64,000 nucleotides of DNA. It comes from Eledone cirrhosa (taxonomy: Eukaryota). Within the stretch, counting starts at the first letter, position 1; every line of letters begins with the position of its first letter. The DNA lies in contig OZ024742.1 in NCBI GenBank assembly GCA_964016885.1, positions 6,944,001-7,008,000 on the forward strand, given 5' to 3'. A program made the position numbers and the translations under genes. The notes below the pieces were generated by a model that worked only from the letters and a program-made list of their open reading frames with translations, made no database searches and was not told the DNA's origin. Positions 42,001 to 54,920 of the stretch are shown in pieces.

Positions 42001-43740
42001 GTAATATACTGTCATCAACATCCAGTTCAGCTTCTCTCTGGTGATATACTGTCACGAACATCCAGTGCAGCCTCTCTATGGTAATATACTCTCACCAACA
42101 TCCAGTTCAGCTTCTCTCTGGTAATATACTGTCACCAACATCCAGTTCAGCTTCTCTCTGGTAATATACTGTTACCACGATCCAGTTCAACTTCTCTCTG
42201 CTAATATACTGTCACCAACATCCAGTTCAGCCTCTCTCTGGTAATATACTGTCAACAACATCCAGTTCAGCTTCTCTCTGGTAATATACTGTCACCACCA
42301 TCCTGTTCAGCCACTCTCTGGTAATATACTGTCACCGACACCCAGTCCAGCTTATCTCTGTTAATATACTGTCAGCAACATCCAGTTCAGCTTCTCTCTG
42401 GTAATATACTGTCACCAACATCCAGTTTAGTTTCTCTCTGGTAAATAGTGTCACCAACATCTAGTTCAGCCTCTCTCTGGTAATATACTGTCACCAACAT
42501 CCAGTTCAGCTTCACTCCGGTGATATACGGTCACCAACATCCAGTTCAGCCTCTCTCTGGTAATATACTGTCACTACTATCCAGTTCAGCCTCTCTCTGG
42601 TAATATACCGTCACCAACATCCAGTTCAGCCTCTCTCTGGTAATATACTGTCACCAAATTCCAGTTCAGCCTCTCTCTGGTAATATACTGTCACCAACAT
42701 GCAGTTCAGCCTCTCTCTGGTAATATACTCTCACCACCATCCAGTTCAGCTTCTCTCTGGTAATATACTGTCACCAACATCCAGTTCAGCTTCTCTCTGG
42801 TAATATACTGTCACTACCATCCAGTTCAGCGTTTCTCTGGTAACATACCTTCACCAACATCCAGTTCGGCCTCTCTCTGGTAATATACTGTCACCCCCAT
42901 CCAGTTCAGCTTCTCTCTGGTGATATACTCTCACCAACATCCAGTTCAGCTTCTCTCTGGTGATATACTCTCACCAACATGATGTTCAGCTTCTCTCTGG
43001 TAATATACTGTCACCACCATCCAGTTCAGCCGCTCTCTGGTAATATACTGTCACTACCATCCAGTTCAGCCTCTTTCTGGTAATATACTGTCACCTTCAT
43101 CCAGTTCAGCCTTTCTCTGTTAATATACTGTCACCAACATCCAGTTCAGCCTCTCTCTGGTAACATACTGTCACCACCATCTAGTTCAGCCTCTTTCTGG
43201 TAATATACTGTCACCAACATCCAGTTCAGCCTTTCTCTGGTAATATACTGTCACCAACATACAGTTCAGCCTCTCTCTGGTAATATACTGTCACCAACAT
43301 GCAGTTCAGCCTCTCTCTGGTAATATACTCTCACCAACATCCAGATCAGCTTCTCTCTGTTAATATACTGTCACCAACATCCAGTTCAGCTGCTCTCTGG
43401 TGATATACTGTCACCAACATCCAGTTCAGCTCCTCTCTGGTAATATACTGTCAACACCATCCAGTTCAGCTTCTCTCTGGTAATATACTGTCACCAACAT
43501 CCAGTTCAGCCTCTCTCTGGTAATATACTGTCACCAACATCCAGTTCAGCAGCTCTTTGGTAATATACTGTCACTACCATTCAGTTGAGCCTCTCTCTGG
43601 TAATATACTGTCACCAACACCCAGTTCAGCTTCTCTCTGTTAATATACTGTCACCAACATCCAGTTCAGCTTCTCTCTGGTAATATACTGTCACCAACAT
43701 CCAGTTCAGCTTCTCTCTGGTGATATACTGTCACGAACAT
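38900..43740 (+). repeat. Duplication with 2,639-bp offset (66 monomers minus 1 bp) in the divergent middle zone
   Basis: ATCCATTTCAGCTGC 39061/41700, the 1-bp deletion GGTAAATAG 39801/42440, and TCCAGATCAG 40701/43340. An internal sub-repeat (CAGCTCTTTG...TTCAGTTGAG) occurs four times, near 39232, 40911, 41871 and 43550. Confidence 0.9.
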
Positions 43741-44739
43741 CCAGTGCAGCCTCTCTATGGTAATATACTCTCACCAACATCCAGTTCAGCTTCTCTCTGG
43801 TAATATACTGTCACCACCATCCAGTTCAGCCTCTCTCTGGTAATATACTGTCACCAACATCCAGTTCAGCCTCTCTCTGGTAATATACTGTCACCAACAT
43901 CCAGTGCAGACTCTCTCTGGTGATATACTGTCACCAACATCCAGTTAAGCTTCTCTCTGGTGATATACTTTCACCAATATCTAGTTCAGCTTCTCTATGG
44001 TAATATACTGTTACCACGATCCAGTTCAACTTCTCTCTGCTAATAATACTGTCAACAACATCCAGTTCAGGTTCTCTCTGGTAATATACTGTCACCACCA
44101 TCCAGTTCAGCCGCTCTCTGGTAATATACTGTCACCGACACCCAGTCCAGCTTATCTCTGTTAATATACTGTCACCAACATCCAGTTCAGCTTCTCTCTG
44201 GTAATATACTGTCACCAACATCCAGTTCAGCTTCACTCCGGTGATATACGGTCACCAAAATCCAGTTCAATTTCTCTCTGGTAATATACTGTCATCAACA
44301 TCCAGTTCAGCCTCTCTCTGGTAATATACTGTCACCAACATCCAGTTCAGACTCTCTCTGGTCATATACTGTCACTACTATCCAGTTCCGCCTCTCTCTA
44401 GTAATATACCGTCATCAACATCCAGTTCAGCCTCTCTCTGGTAATATACTGTCACCAACATCCAGTTCAGCCTCTCTCTGGTAATATACTGTCACCAACA
44501 TGCAGTTCAGCCTCTCTCTGGTAATATACTCTCACCACCATCCAGTTCAGCTTCTCTCTGGTAATATACTGTCACCAACATCCAGTTCAGCTTCTCTCTG
44601 GTAATATACTGTCACTACCATCCAGTTCAGCCTTTCTCTGGTAATATACCTTCAACAACATCCAGTTCGGCCTCTCTCTGGTAATATACTGTCACCACCA
44701 TCCAGTTCAGCTTCTCTCTGTTGATATACTCTCACCAAC

Positions 44740-45460
44740 ATCCAGTTCAGCTTCTCTCTGGTGATATACTCTCACCAACATGAAGTTCAGCTTCTCTCTG
44801 GTGATATACTGTAAAAAACATCCAGTTCAGCTTCTCTCTGGTAATATACTGTTACCACGATCCAGTTCAGTTTCTCTCTGTTAATATACTGTCACCAACA
44901 TCCAGTTCAACTTCTCTCTGGTAATATACTGTCACCAACACCCAGTTCAGCTTCTCTCTGTTAATATACTGTCACCAACACACAGTTCAGCTTCTCTGTG
45001 GTGATATACTGTCACAAACATCCAGTTCAGCTTCTCTCTGGTAATATACTGTCACCAACTTCCAGTTTAGTTTCTCTCTGGTAATATAGTGTCACCAACA
45101 TCCAGTTCAGCTTCTCTCTGGTGATATACTCTCACCAACATGAAGTTCAGCTTCTCTCTGGTGATATACTGTCAAAAACATCCAGTTCAGCTTCTCTCTG
45201 GTAATATACTGTTACCACGATCCAGTTCAGTTTCTCTCTGTTAATATACTGTCACCAACATACAGTTCAACTTCTCTCTGGTAATATACTGTCACCAACA
45301 CCCAGTTCAGCTTCTCTCTGTTAATATACTGTCACCAACACACAGTTCAGCTTCTCTGTGGTGATATACTGTCACAAACATCCAGTTCAGCTTCTCTCTG
45401 GTAATATACTGTCACCAACATCCAGTTTAGTTTCTCTCTGGTAATATAGTGTCACCAACA
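44740..45460 (+). repeat. Tandem duplication, 360-bp unit (9 monomers), two copies
   Basis: GTGATATACTCTCACCAACATGAAG 44761/45121, GTTACCACGA 44851/45211, CTTCTCTGTG 44991/45351. Confidence 0.9.
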
Positions 45461-45960
45461 TCCAGTTCAGATTCACTCTGGTGATATACGGTCACCAACA
45501 TCCAGTTCAGCAGCTCTTTGTTAATATACTGTCACCAACATCCAGTTCAGCCTTTCTCTGGTAATATACTGTCACCAACATCCAGTTCAGCCTCTCTCTG
45601 GTAACATACTGTCACCACCATCCAGTTCAGCCTCTCTCTGGTAATATACCGTCACCAACATCTAGTTCAGCCTCTTTCTGGTAATATACTGTCACCAACA
45701 TTCAGTTCAGCCTTTCTCTGGTAATATACGGTCACCAACATCCAGTTCAGACTCTCTCTGGTAATATACTGTCACAACCATCCAGTTCAGCCTCTCTATG
45801 GTAATATACTGTCACCAACATCTAGTTCAGCCTCTTTCTGGTAATATACTGTCACCAACATCCAGTTCAGCCTTTCTCTGGTAATATACTGTCAACAACA
45901 TCCAGTTCAGCCTCTCTCTGGTAATATACTGTCACAAACATCCAGTTCTGCCTCTCTCTG

Positions 45961-48900
45961 GGAATATACTGTCACTACCATCCAGTTCAGCCTCTCTCTG
46001 GTAATATACGGTCACCAACATCTAGTTCAGCCTCTTTCTGGTAATATACAGTCACCAACATCCAGTTCAGCCTCTCTGTGGTAATATACTGTCACCAACA
46101 TGCAGTTCAGCCTCTCTCTGGTGATATACTGTCACCAACATCCAGTTCAGCTTCTCTCTGGTAATATACTGTCACCAACATCCAGTTTAGTTTCTCTCTG
46201 GTAATATAGTGTCACCAACATCTAGTTCAGCCTCTTTCTGGTAATATACTGTCACCAACATCCAGTTCAGCTTCACTCCGGTGATATAGGGTCACCAACA
46301 TCCAGTTCAATTTCTCTCTGGTAATATACTGTCACCAACATCCAGTTCAGCCTTTCTCTGGTAATATACTGTCACCAACAGCCAGTTCAGCCTCTCTTTG
46401 GTAATATACTGTCACCACCATCCAGTTCAGCCTCTCTCTGGTAATATACTGTCACTACCATCCAGTTCAGCCTTTTTCTGGTAATATACTGTCACCAACA
46501 TCTAGTTCAGACTTTCTCTGGTAATATACTGTCACCAACATCCAGTTCATTCTCTCTCTGTTAATATACTGTCACCACCATCCAGTTCAGCCTCTCTCTG
46601 GTAATATACTGTCACAAACATCCAGTTCAGCCTCTCTCTGGTAATATACTGTCACTACCATCCAGTTCAGCCTCTTTCTGGTAATATACTGTCACCAACA
46701 TCCAGTTCAGCCTCTCTCTGGTAACATACTGTCACCACCATCCAGTTCAGCCTCTCTCTGGTAATATACTGTCACCAACATCTAGTTCAGCCTCTTTCTG
46801 GTAATATACTGTCACCAACATCCAGTTCAGCCTTTCTCTGGTAATATACTGTCACCAACATCCAGTTCAGCCTCTCTCTGGTAATATACTGTCACCACCA
46901 TCCAGTTCAGCCTCTCTATGGTAATATACTGTCACCAACATCTAGTTCAGCCTCTTTCTGGTAATATACTGTCACCAACATCCAGTTCAGACTTTCTCTG
47001 GTAATATACTGTCACCAACATCCAGTTCAGCCTCTGTCTGCTAATATACTGTCACCACCATCCAGTTCAGCCTCTCTCTGGTAATATACTGTCACAAAGA
47101 TCCAGTTCAGCCTCTCTCTGGTAATATACTGTCACTACCATCCAGTTCAGCCTCTCTCTGGTAATATACTGTCACCACCATCCAGTTCAGCCTCTCTCTG
47201 GTAATATACTGTCACAAACATCCAGTTCAGCCTCCCTCTGGTAATATACTGTCACTACCATCCAGTTCAGCCTCTTTCTGGTAATATACTGTCACCAACA
47301 TCCAGTTCAGCCTTTCTCTGGTAATATACTGTCACCAACATCTAGTTCAGCCTCTTTCTGGTAATATACTGTCACCAACATCCAGTTCAGCCTCTCTGTG
47401 GTAATATACTGTCACCAACATGCAGTTCAGCCTCTCTCTGGTGATATACTGTCACCAACATCCAGTTCAGCTTCTCTCTGGTAATATACTGTCACCAACA
47501 TCCAGTTTAGTTTCTCTCTGGTAATATAGTGTCACCAACATCTAGTTCAGCCTCTCTCTGGTAATATACTGTCACCAACATCCAGTTCAGCTTCACTCCG
47601 GTGATATAGGGTCACCAACATCCAGTTCAATTTCTCTCTGGTAATATACTGTCACCAACATCCAGGTCAGCCTTTCTCTGGTAATATACTGTCACCAACA
47701 TACAGTTCAGCCTCTCTCTGGTAATATACTGTCACCACCATCCAGTTCAGCCTCTCTCTGGTAATATACTGTCACTACCATCCAGTTCAGCCTCTTTCTG
47801 GTAATATACTGTCACCAACATCCAGTTCAGATTTTCTCTGGTAATATACTGTCACCAACATCCAGTTCAGCCTCTCTCTGGTAATATACTGTCACCACCA
47901 TCCAGTTCAGCCTCTCTCTGGTAATATACTGTCACAAACATCCAGTTCAGCCTCTCTCTGGTAATATACTGTCACTACCATCCAGTTCAGCCTCTCTCTA
48001 GTAATATACTGTCACCACCATCCAGTTCAGACTTTCTCTGGTAATATACTGTCACCAACATCCAGTTCAGCCTCTCTCAGGTAATATACTATCACCACCA
48101 TCCAGTTCAGCCTCTCTCTGGTAATATACTGTCACAAACATCCAGTTCAGCCTCTCTCTGGTAATATACTGTCACTACCATCCAGTTCAGCCTCTTTCTG
48201 GTAATATACTATCACCACCATCCAGTTCAGCCTCTCTCTGGTAATATACTGTCACAAACATCCAGTTCAGCCTCTCTCTGGTAATATACTGTCACTACCA
48301 TCCAGTTCAGCCTCTTTCTGGTAATATACTGTCACCAACATCCAGTTCAGCCTCTCTCTGGTAACATACTGTCACCACCATCCAGTTCAGCCTCTCTCTG
48401 GTAATATACCGTCACCAACATCTAGTTCAGCCTCTTTCTGGTAATATACTGTCACCAACATCCAGTTCAGCCTTTCTCTGGTAATATACTGTCACCAACA
48501 CCCAGTTCAGCCTCTCTCTGGTAATATACTGTCACCACCATCCAGTTCAGCCTCTCTATGGTAATATACTGTCACCAACATCTAGTTCAGCCTCTTTCTG
48601 GTAATATACTGTCACCAACATCCAGTTCAGCCTTTCTCTGGTAATATACTGTCACCAACATCCAGTTCAGCCTCTCTCTGGTAATATACTGTCACCACCA
48701 TCCAGTTCAGCCTCTCTCTGGTAATATACTGTCACAAACATCCAGTTCAGCCTCTCTCTGGTAATATACTATCACTACCATCCAGTTCAGCCTCTCTCTG
48801 GTAATATACTGTCACCACCATCCAGTTCAGCCTCTCTCTGGTAATATACTGTCACAAACATCCAGTTCAGCCTCTCTCTGGTAATATACTGTCACAAACA

Positions 48901-51900
48901 TCCAGTTCAGCCTCCCTCTGGTAATATACTGTCACTACCATCCATGTCAGCCTCTTTCTGGTAATATACTGTCACCAACATCCAGTTCAGCCTTTCTCTG
49001 GTAATATACTGTCACTACCATCCAGTTCAGCCTTTCTCTGGTAATATACTGTCACCACCATCCAGTTCAGCCTCTCTCTGGTAATATACTGTCACAAACA
49101 TCCAGTTCAGCCTCCCTCTGGTAATATACTGTCACTACCATCCATGTCAGCCTCTTTCTGGTAATATACTGTCACCAACATCCAGTTCAGCCTTTCTCTG
49201 GTAATATACTGTCACCAACATCCAGTTCAGCCTCTCTCTGGTAATATACTGTCACAACCATCCAGTTCAGCCTCTCTATGGTAATATACTGTCACCAACA
49301 TCTAGTTCAGCCTCTTTCTGGTAATATACTCTCACCAACATCCAGTTCAGCCTTTCTCTGGTAATATACTGTCACCAACATCCAGTTCAGCCTCTCTCTG
49401 GTAATATACTGTCACCACCATCCAGTTCAGCCTCTCTATGGTAATATACTGTCACCAACATCTAGTTCAGCCTCTTTCTCGTAATATACTGTCACCAACA
49501 TCCAGTTCAGCCTTTCTCTGGTAATATACTGTCACCAACATCCAGTTCAGCCTCTCTCTGGTAATATACTGTCACAAACATCCAGTTCAGCCTCTCTCTG
49601 GTAATATACTGTCACTACCATCCAGTTCAGCCTCTCTCTAGTAATATACTGTCACCACCATCCAGTTCAGCCTCTCTCTGGCAATATACTCTCACAAACA
49701 TCCAGTTCAGCCTCCCTCTGGTAATATACTGTCACTACCATCCAGTTCAGCCTCTCTCTGGGAATATACTGTCACTACCATCCAGTTCAGCCTCTCTCTG
49801 GTAATATACGGTCACCAACATCTAGTTCAGCCTCTTTCTGGTAATATACAGTCACCAACATCCAGTTCAGCCTCTCTGTGGTAATATACTGTCACCAACA
49901 TGCAGTTCAGCCTCTCTCTGGTGATATACTGTCACCAACATCCAGTTCAGCTTCTCTCTGGTAATATACTGTCACCAACATCCAGTTTAGTTTCTCTCTG
50001 GTAATATAGTGTCACCAACATCTAGTTCAGCCTCTTTCTGGTAATATACTGTCACCAACATCCAGTTCAGCTTCACTCCGGTGATATAGGGTCACCAACA
50101 TCCAGTTCAATTTCTCTCTGGTAATATACTGTCACCAACATCCAGTTCAGCCTTTCTCTGGTAATATACTGTCACCAACATCCAGTTCAGCCTCTCTCTG
50201 GTAATATACTGTCACCACCATCCAGTTCAGCCTCTCTCTGGTAATATACTGTCACTACCATCCAGTTCAGCCTCTTTCTGGTAATATACTGTCACCAACA
50301 TCTAGTTCAGACTTTCTCTGGTAATATACTGTCACCAACATCCAGTTCATTCTCTCTCTGTTAATATACTGTCACCACCATCCAGTTCAGCCTCTCTCTG
50401 GTAATATACTGTCACAAACATCCAGTTCAGCCTCTCTCTGGTAATATACTGTCACTACCATCCAGTTCAGCCTCTTTCTGGTAATATACTGTCACCAACA
50501 TCCAGTTCAGCCTCTCTCTGGTAACATACTGTCACCACCATCCAGTTCAGCCTCTCTCTGGTAATATACTGTCACCAACATCTAGTTCAGCCTCTTTCTG
50601 GTAATATACTGTCACCAACATCCAGTTCAGCCTTTCTCTGGTAATATACTGTCACCAACATCCAGTTCAGCCTCTCTCTGGTAATATACTGTCACCACCA
50701 TCCAGTTCAGCCTCTCTATGGTAATATACTGTCACTAAAATCTAGTTCAGCCTCTTTCTGGTAATATACTGTCACCAACATCCAGTTCAGACTTTCTCTG
50801 GTAATATACTGTCACCAACATCCAGTTCAGCCTCTCTCTGCTAATATACTGTCACCACCATCCAGTTCAGCCTCTCTCTGGTAATATACTGTCACAAAGA
50901 TCCAGTTCAGCCTCTCTCTGGTAATATACTGTCACTACCATCCAGTTCAGCCTCTCTCTGGTAATATACTGTCACCACCATCCAGTTCAGCCTCTCTCTG
51001 GTAATATACTGTCACAAACATCCAGTTCAGCCTCCCTCTGGTAATATACTGTCACTACCATCCAGTTCAGCCTCTTTCTGGTAATATACTGTCACCAACA
51101 TCCAGTTCAGCCTTTCTCTGGTAATATACTGTCACCAACATCTAGTTCAGCCTCTTTCTGGTAATATACTGTCACCAACATCCAGTTCAGCCTCTCTGTG
51201 GTAATATACTGTCACCAACATGCAGTGCAGACTCTCTCTGGTGATATACTGTCACCAACATCCAGTTCAGCTTCTCTCTGGTAATATACTGTCACCAACA
51301 TCCAGTTTAGTTTCTCTCTGGTAATATAGTGTCACCAACATCTAGTTCAGCCTCTCTCTGGTAATATACTGTCACCAACATCCAGTTCAGCTTCACTCCG
51401 GTGATATAGGGTCACCAACATCCAGTTCAATTTCTCTCTGGTAATATACTGTCACCAACATCCAGGTCAGCCTTTCTCTGGTAATATACTGTCACCAACA
51501 TCCAGTTCAGCCTCTCTCTGGTAATATACTGTCACCACCATCCAGTTCAGCCTCTCTCTGGTAATATACTGTCACTACCATCCAGTTCAGCCTCTTTCTG
51601 GTAATATACTGTCACCAACATCCAGTTCAGATTTTCTCTGGTAATATACTGTCACCAACATCCAGTTCAGCCTCTCTCTGGTAATATACTGTCACCACCA
51701 TCCAGTTCAGCCTCTCTCTGGTAATATACTGTCACAAACATCCAGTTCAGCCTCTCTCTGGTAATATACTGTCACTACCATCCAGTTCAGCCTCTCTCTA
51801 GTAATATACTGTCACCACCATACAGTTCAGACTTTCTCTGGTAATATACTGTCACCAACATCCAGTTCAGCCTCTCTCAGGTAATATACTATCACCACCA

Positions 51901-53240
51901 TCCAGTTCAGCCTCTCTCTGGTAATATACTGTCACAAACATCCAGTTCAGCCTCTCTCTGGTAATATACTGTCACTACCATCCAGTTCAGCCTCTTTCTG
52001 GTAATATACTATCACCACCATCCAGTTCAGCCTCTCTCTGGTAATATACTGTCACAAACATCCAGTTCAGCCTCTCTCTGGTAATATACTGTCACTACCA
52101 TCCAGTTCAGCCTCTTTCTGGTAATATACTGTCACCAACATCCAGTTCAGCGTCTCTCTGGTAACATACTGTCACCACCATCCAGTTCAGCCTCTCTCTG
52201 GTAATATACCGTCACCAACATCTAGTTCAGCCTCTTTCTGGTAATATACTGTCACAAACATCCAGTTCAGCCTCTCTCTGGTAATATACTATCACTACCA
52301 TCCAGTTCAGCCTCTGTCTGGTAATATACTGTCACCACCATCCAGTTCAGCCTCTCTCTGGTAATATACTGTCACAAACATCCAGTTCAGCCTCCCTCTG
52401 GTAATATACTGTCACTGCCATCCATTTCAGCCTCTTTCTGGTAATATACTGTCACCAACATCCAGTTCAGCCTTTCTCTGGTAATATACTGTCACTACCA
52501 TCCAGTTCAGCCTTTCTCTGGTAATATACTGTCACCACCATCCAGTTCAGCCTCTCTCTGGTAATATACTGTCACAAACATCCAGTTCAGCCTCCCTCTG
52601 GTAATATACTGTCACTACCATCCATGTCAGCCTCTTTCTGGTAATATACTGTCACCAACATCCAGTTCAGCCTTTCTCTGGTAATATACTGTCACCAACA
52701 TCCAGTTCAGCCTCTCTCTGGTAATATACTGTCACAACCATCCAGTTCAGCCTCTCTATGGTAATATACTGTCACCAACATCTAGTTCAGCCTCTTTCTG
52801 GTAATATACTCTCACCAACATCCAGTTCAGCCTTTCTCTGGTAATATACTGTCACCAACATCCAGTTCAGCCTCTCTCTGGTAATATACTGTCACCACCA
52901 TCCAGTTCAGCCTCTCTATGGTAATATACTGTCACCAACATCTAGTTCAGCCTCTTTCTCGTAATATACTGTCACCAACATCCAGTTCAGCCTTTCTCTG
53001 GTAATATACTGTCACCAACATCCAGTTCAGCCTCTCTCTGGTAATATACTGTCACAAACATCCAGTTCAGCCTCTCTCTGGTAATATACTGTCACTACCA
53101 TCCAGTTCAGCCTCTCTCTAGTAATATACTGTCACCACCATCCAGTTCAGCCTCTCTCTGGCAATATACTGTCACAAACATCCAGTTCAGCCTCCCTCTG
53201 GTAATATACTGTCACTACCATCCAGTTCAGCCTCTTTCTG
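45961..53240 (+). repeat. Tandem duplication, 3,800-bp unit (95 monomers); second copy about 320 bp shorter; a further partial copy starts near 53281
   Basis: GTAATATACAGTC 46041/49841, GTCACAAAGA 47091/50891 and CCTCTCTCAG 48071/51871 are offset by 3,800. CCTCTTTCTCG 49471/52951 is offset by 3,480. TCCAGGTCAG occurs at 47661, 51461 and 53621. Confidence 0.9.
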
Positions 53241-54920
53241 GTAATATACTGTCACCAACATCCAGTTCAGACTTTCTCTGGTAATATACTGTCACCAACA
53301 TCTAGTTCAGCCTCTTTCTGGTAATATACTGTCACCAACATCCAGTTCAGCCTCTCTGTGGTAATATACTGTCACCAACATGCAGTTCAGACTCTCTCTG
53401 GTGATATACTGTCACCAACATCCAGTTCAGCTTCTCTCTGGTAATATACTGTCACCAACATCCAGTTTAGTTTCTCTCTGGTAATATAGTGTCACCAACA
53501 TCTAGTTCAGCCTCTCTCTGGTAATATACTGTCACCAACATCCAGTTCAGCTTCACTCCGGTGATATAGGGTCACCAACATCCAGTTCAATTTCTCTCTG
53601 GTAATATACTGTCACCAACATCCAGGTCAGCCTTTCTCTGGTAATATACTGTCACCAACATCCAGTTCAGCCTCTCTCTGGTAATATACTGTCACCACCA
53701 TCCAGTTCAGCCTCTCTCTGGTAATATACTGTCACTACCATCCAGTTCAGCCTCTTTCTGGTAATATACTGTCACCAACATCCAGTTCAGATTTTCTCTG
53801 GTAATATACTGTCACCAACATCCAGTTCAGCCTCTCTCTGGTAATATACTGTCACCACCATCCAGTTCAGCCTCTCTCTGGTAATATACTGTCACAAACA
53901 TCCAGTTCAGCCTCTCTCTGGTAATATACTGTCACTACCATCCAGTTCAGCCTCTTTCTGGTAATATACTGTCACCAACATCCAGTTCAGCCTCTCTCTG
54001 GTAACATACTGTCACCACCATCCAGTTCAGCCTCTCTCTGGTAATATACCGTCACCAACATCTAGTTCAGCCTCTTTCTGGTAATATACTGTCACCAACA
54101 TCCAGTTCAGCCTTTCTCTGGTAATATACTGTCACCAACACCCAGTTCAGCCTCTCTCTGGTAATATACTGTCACCACCATCCAGTTCAGCCTCTCTATG
54201 GTAATATACTGTCAGCAACATCTAGTTCAGCCTCTTTCTGGTAATATACTGTCACCAACATCCAGTTCAGCCTTTCTCTGGTAATATACTGTCACCAACA
54301 TCCAGTTCAGCCTCTCTCTGGTAATATACTGTCACCACCATCCAGTTCAGCCTCTCTCTGGTAATATACTGTCACAAACATCCAGTTCAGCCACTCTCTG
54401 GTAATATACTATCACTACCATCCAGTTCAGCCTCTCTCTGGTAATATACTGTCACCACCATCCAGTTCAGCCTCTCTCTGGTAATATACTGTCACAAACA
54501 TCCAGTTCAGCCTCCCTCTGGTAATATACTGTCACTACCATCCATTTCAGCCTCTTTCTGGTAATATACTGTCACGAACATCCAGTTCAGCTTTTCTCTG
54601 GTAATATACTGTCACTACCATCCAGTTCAGCCTTTCTCTGGTAATATACTGTCACCACCATCCAGTTCAGCCTCTCTCTGGTAATATAACGTCACCAACA
54701 TCTAGTTCAGCCTCTTTCTGGTAATATACTGTCACCACCATCCAGTTCAGCCTCTCTCTGGTAATATACTGTCACAAACATCCAGTTCAGCCTCCCTCTG
54801 GTAATATACTGTCACTACCATCCATTTCAGCCTCTTTCTGGTAATATACTGTCACCAACATCCAGTTCAGCCTTTCTCTGGTAATATACTGTCACCAACA
54901 TCCAGTTCAGCCTCTCTCTG

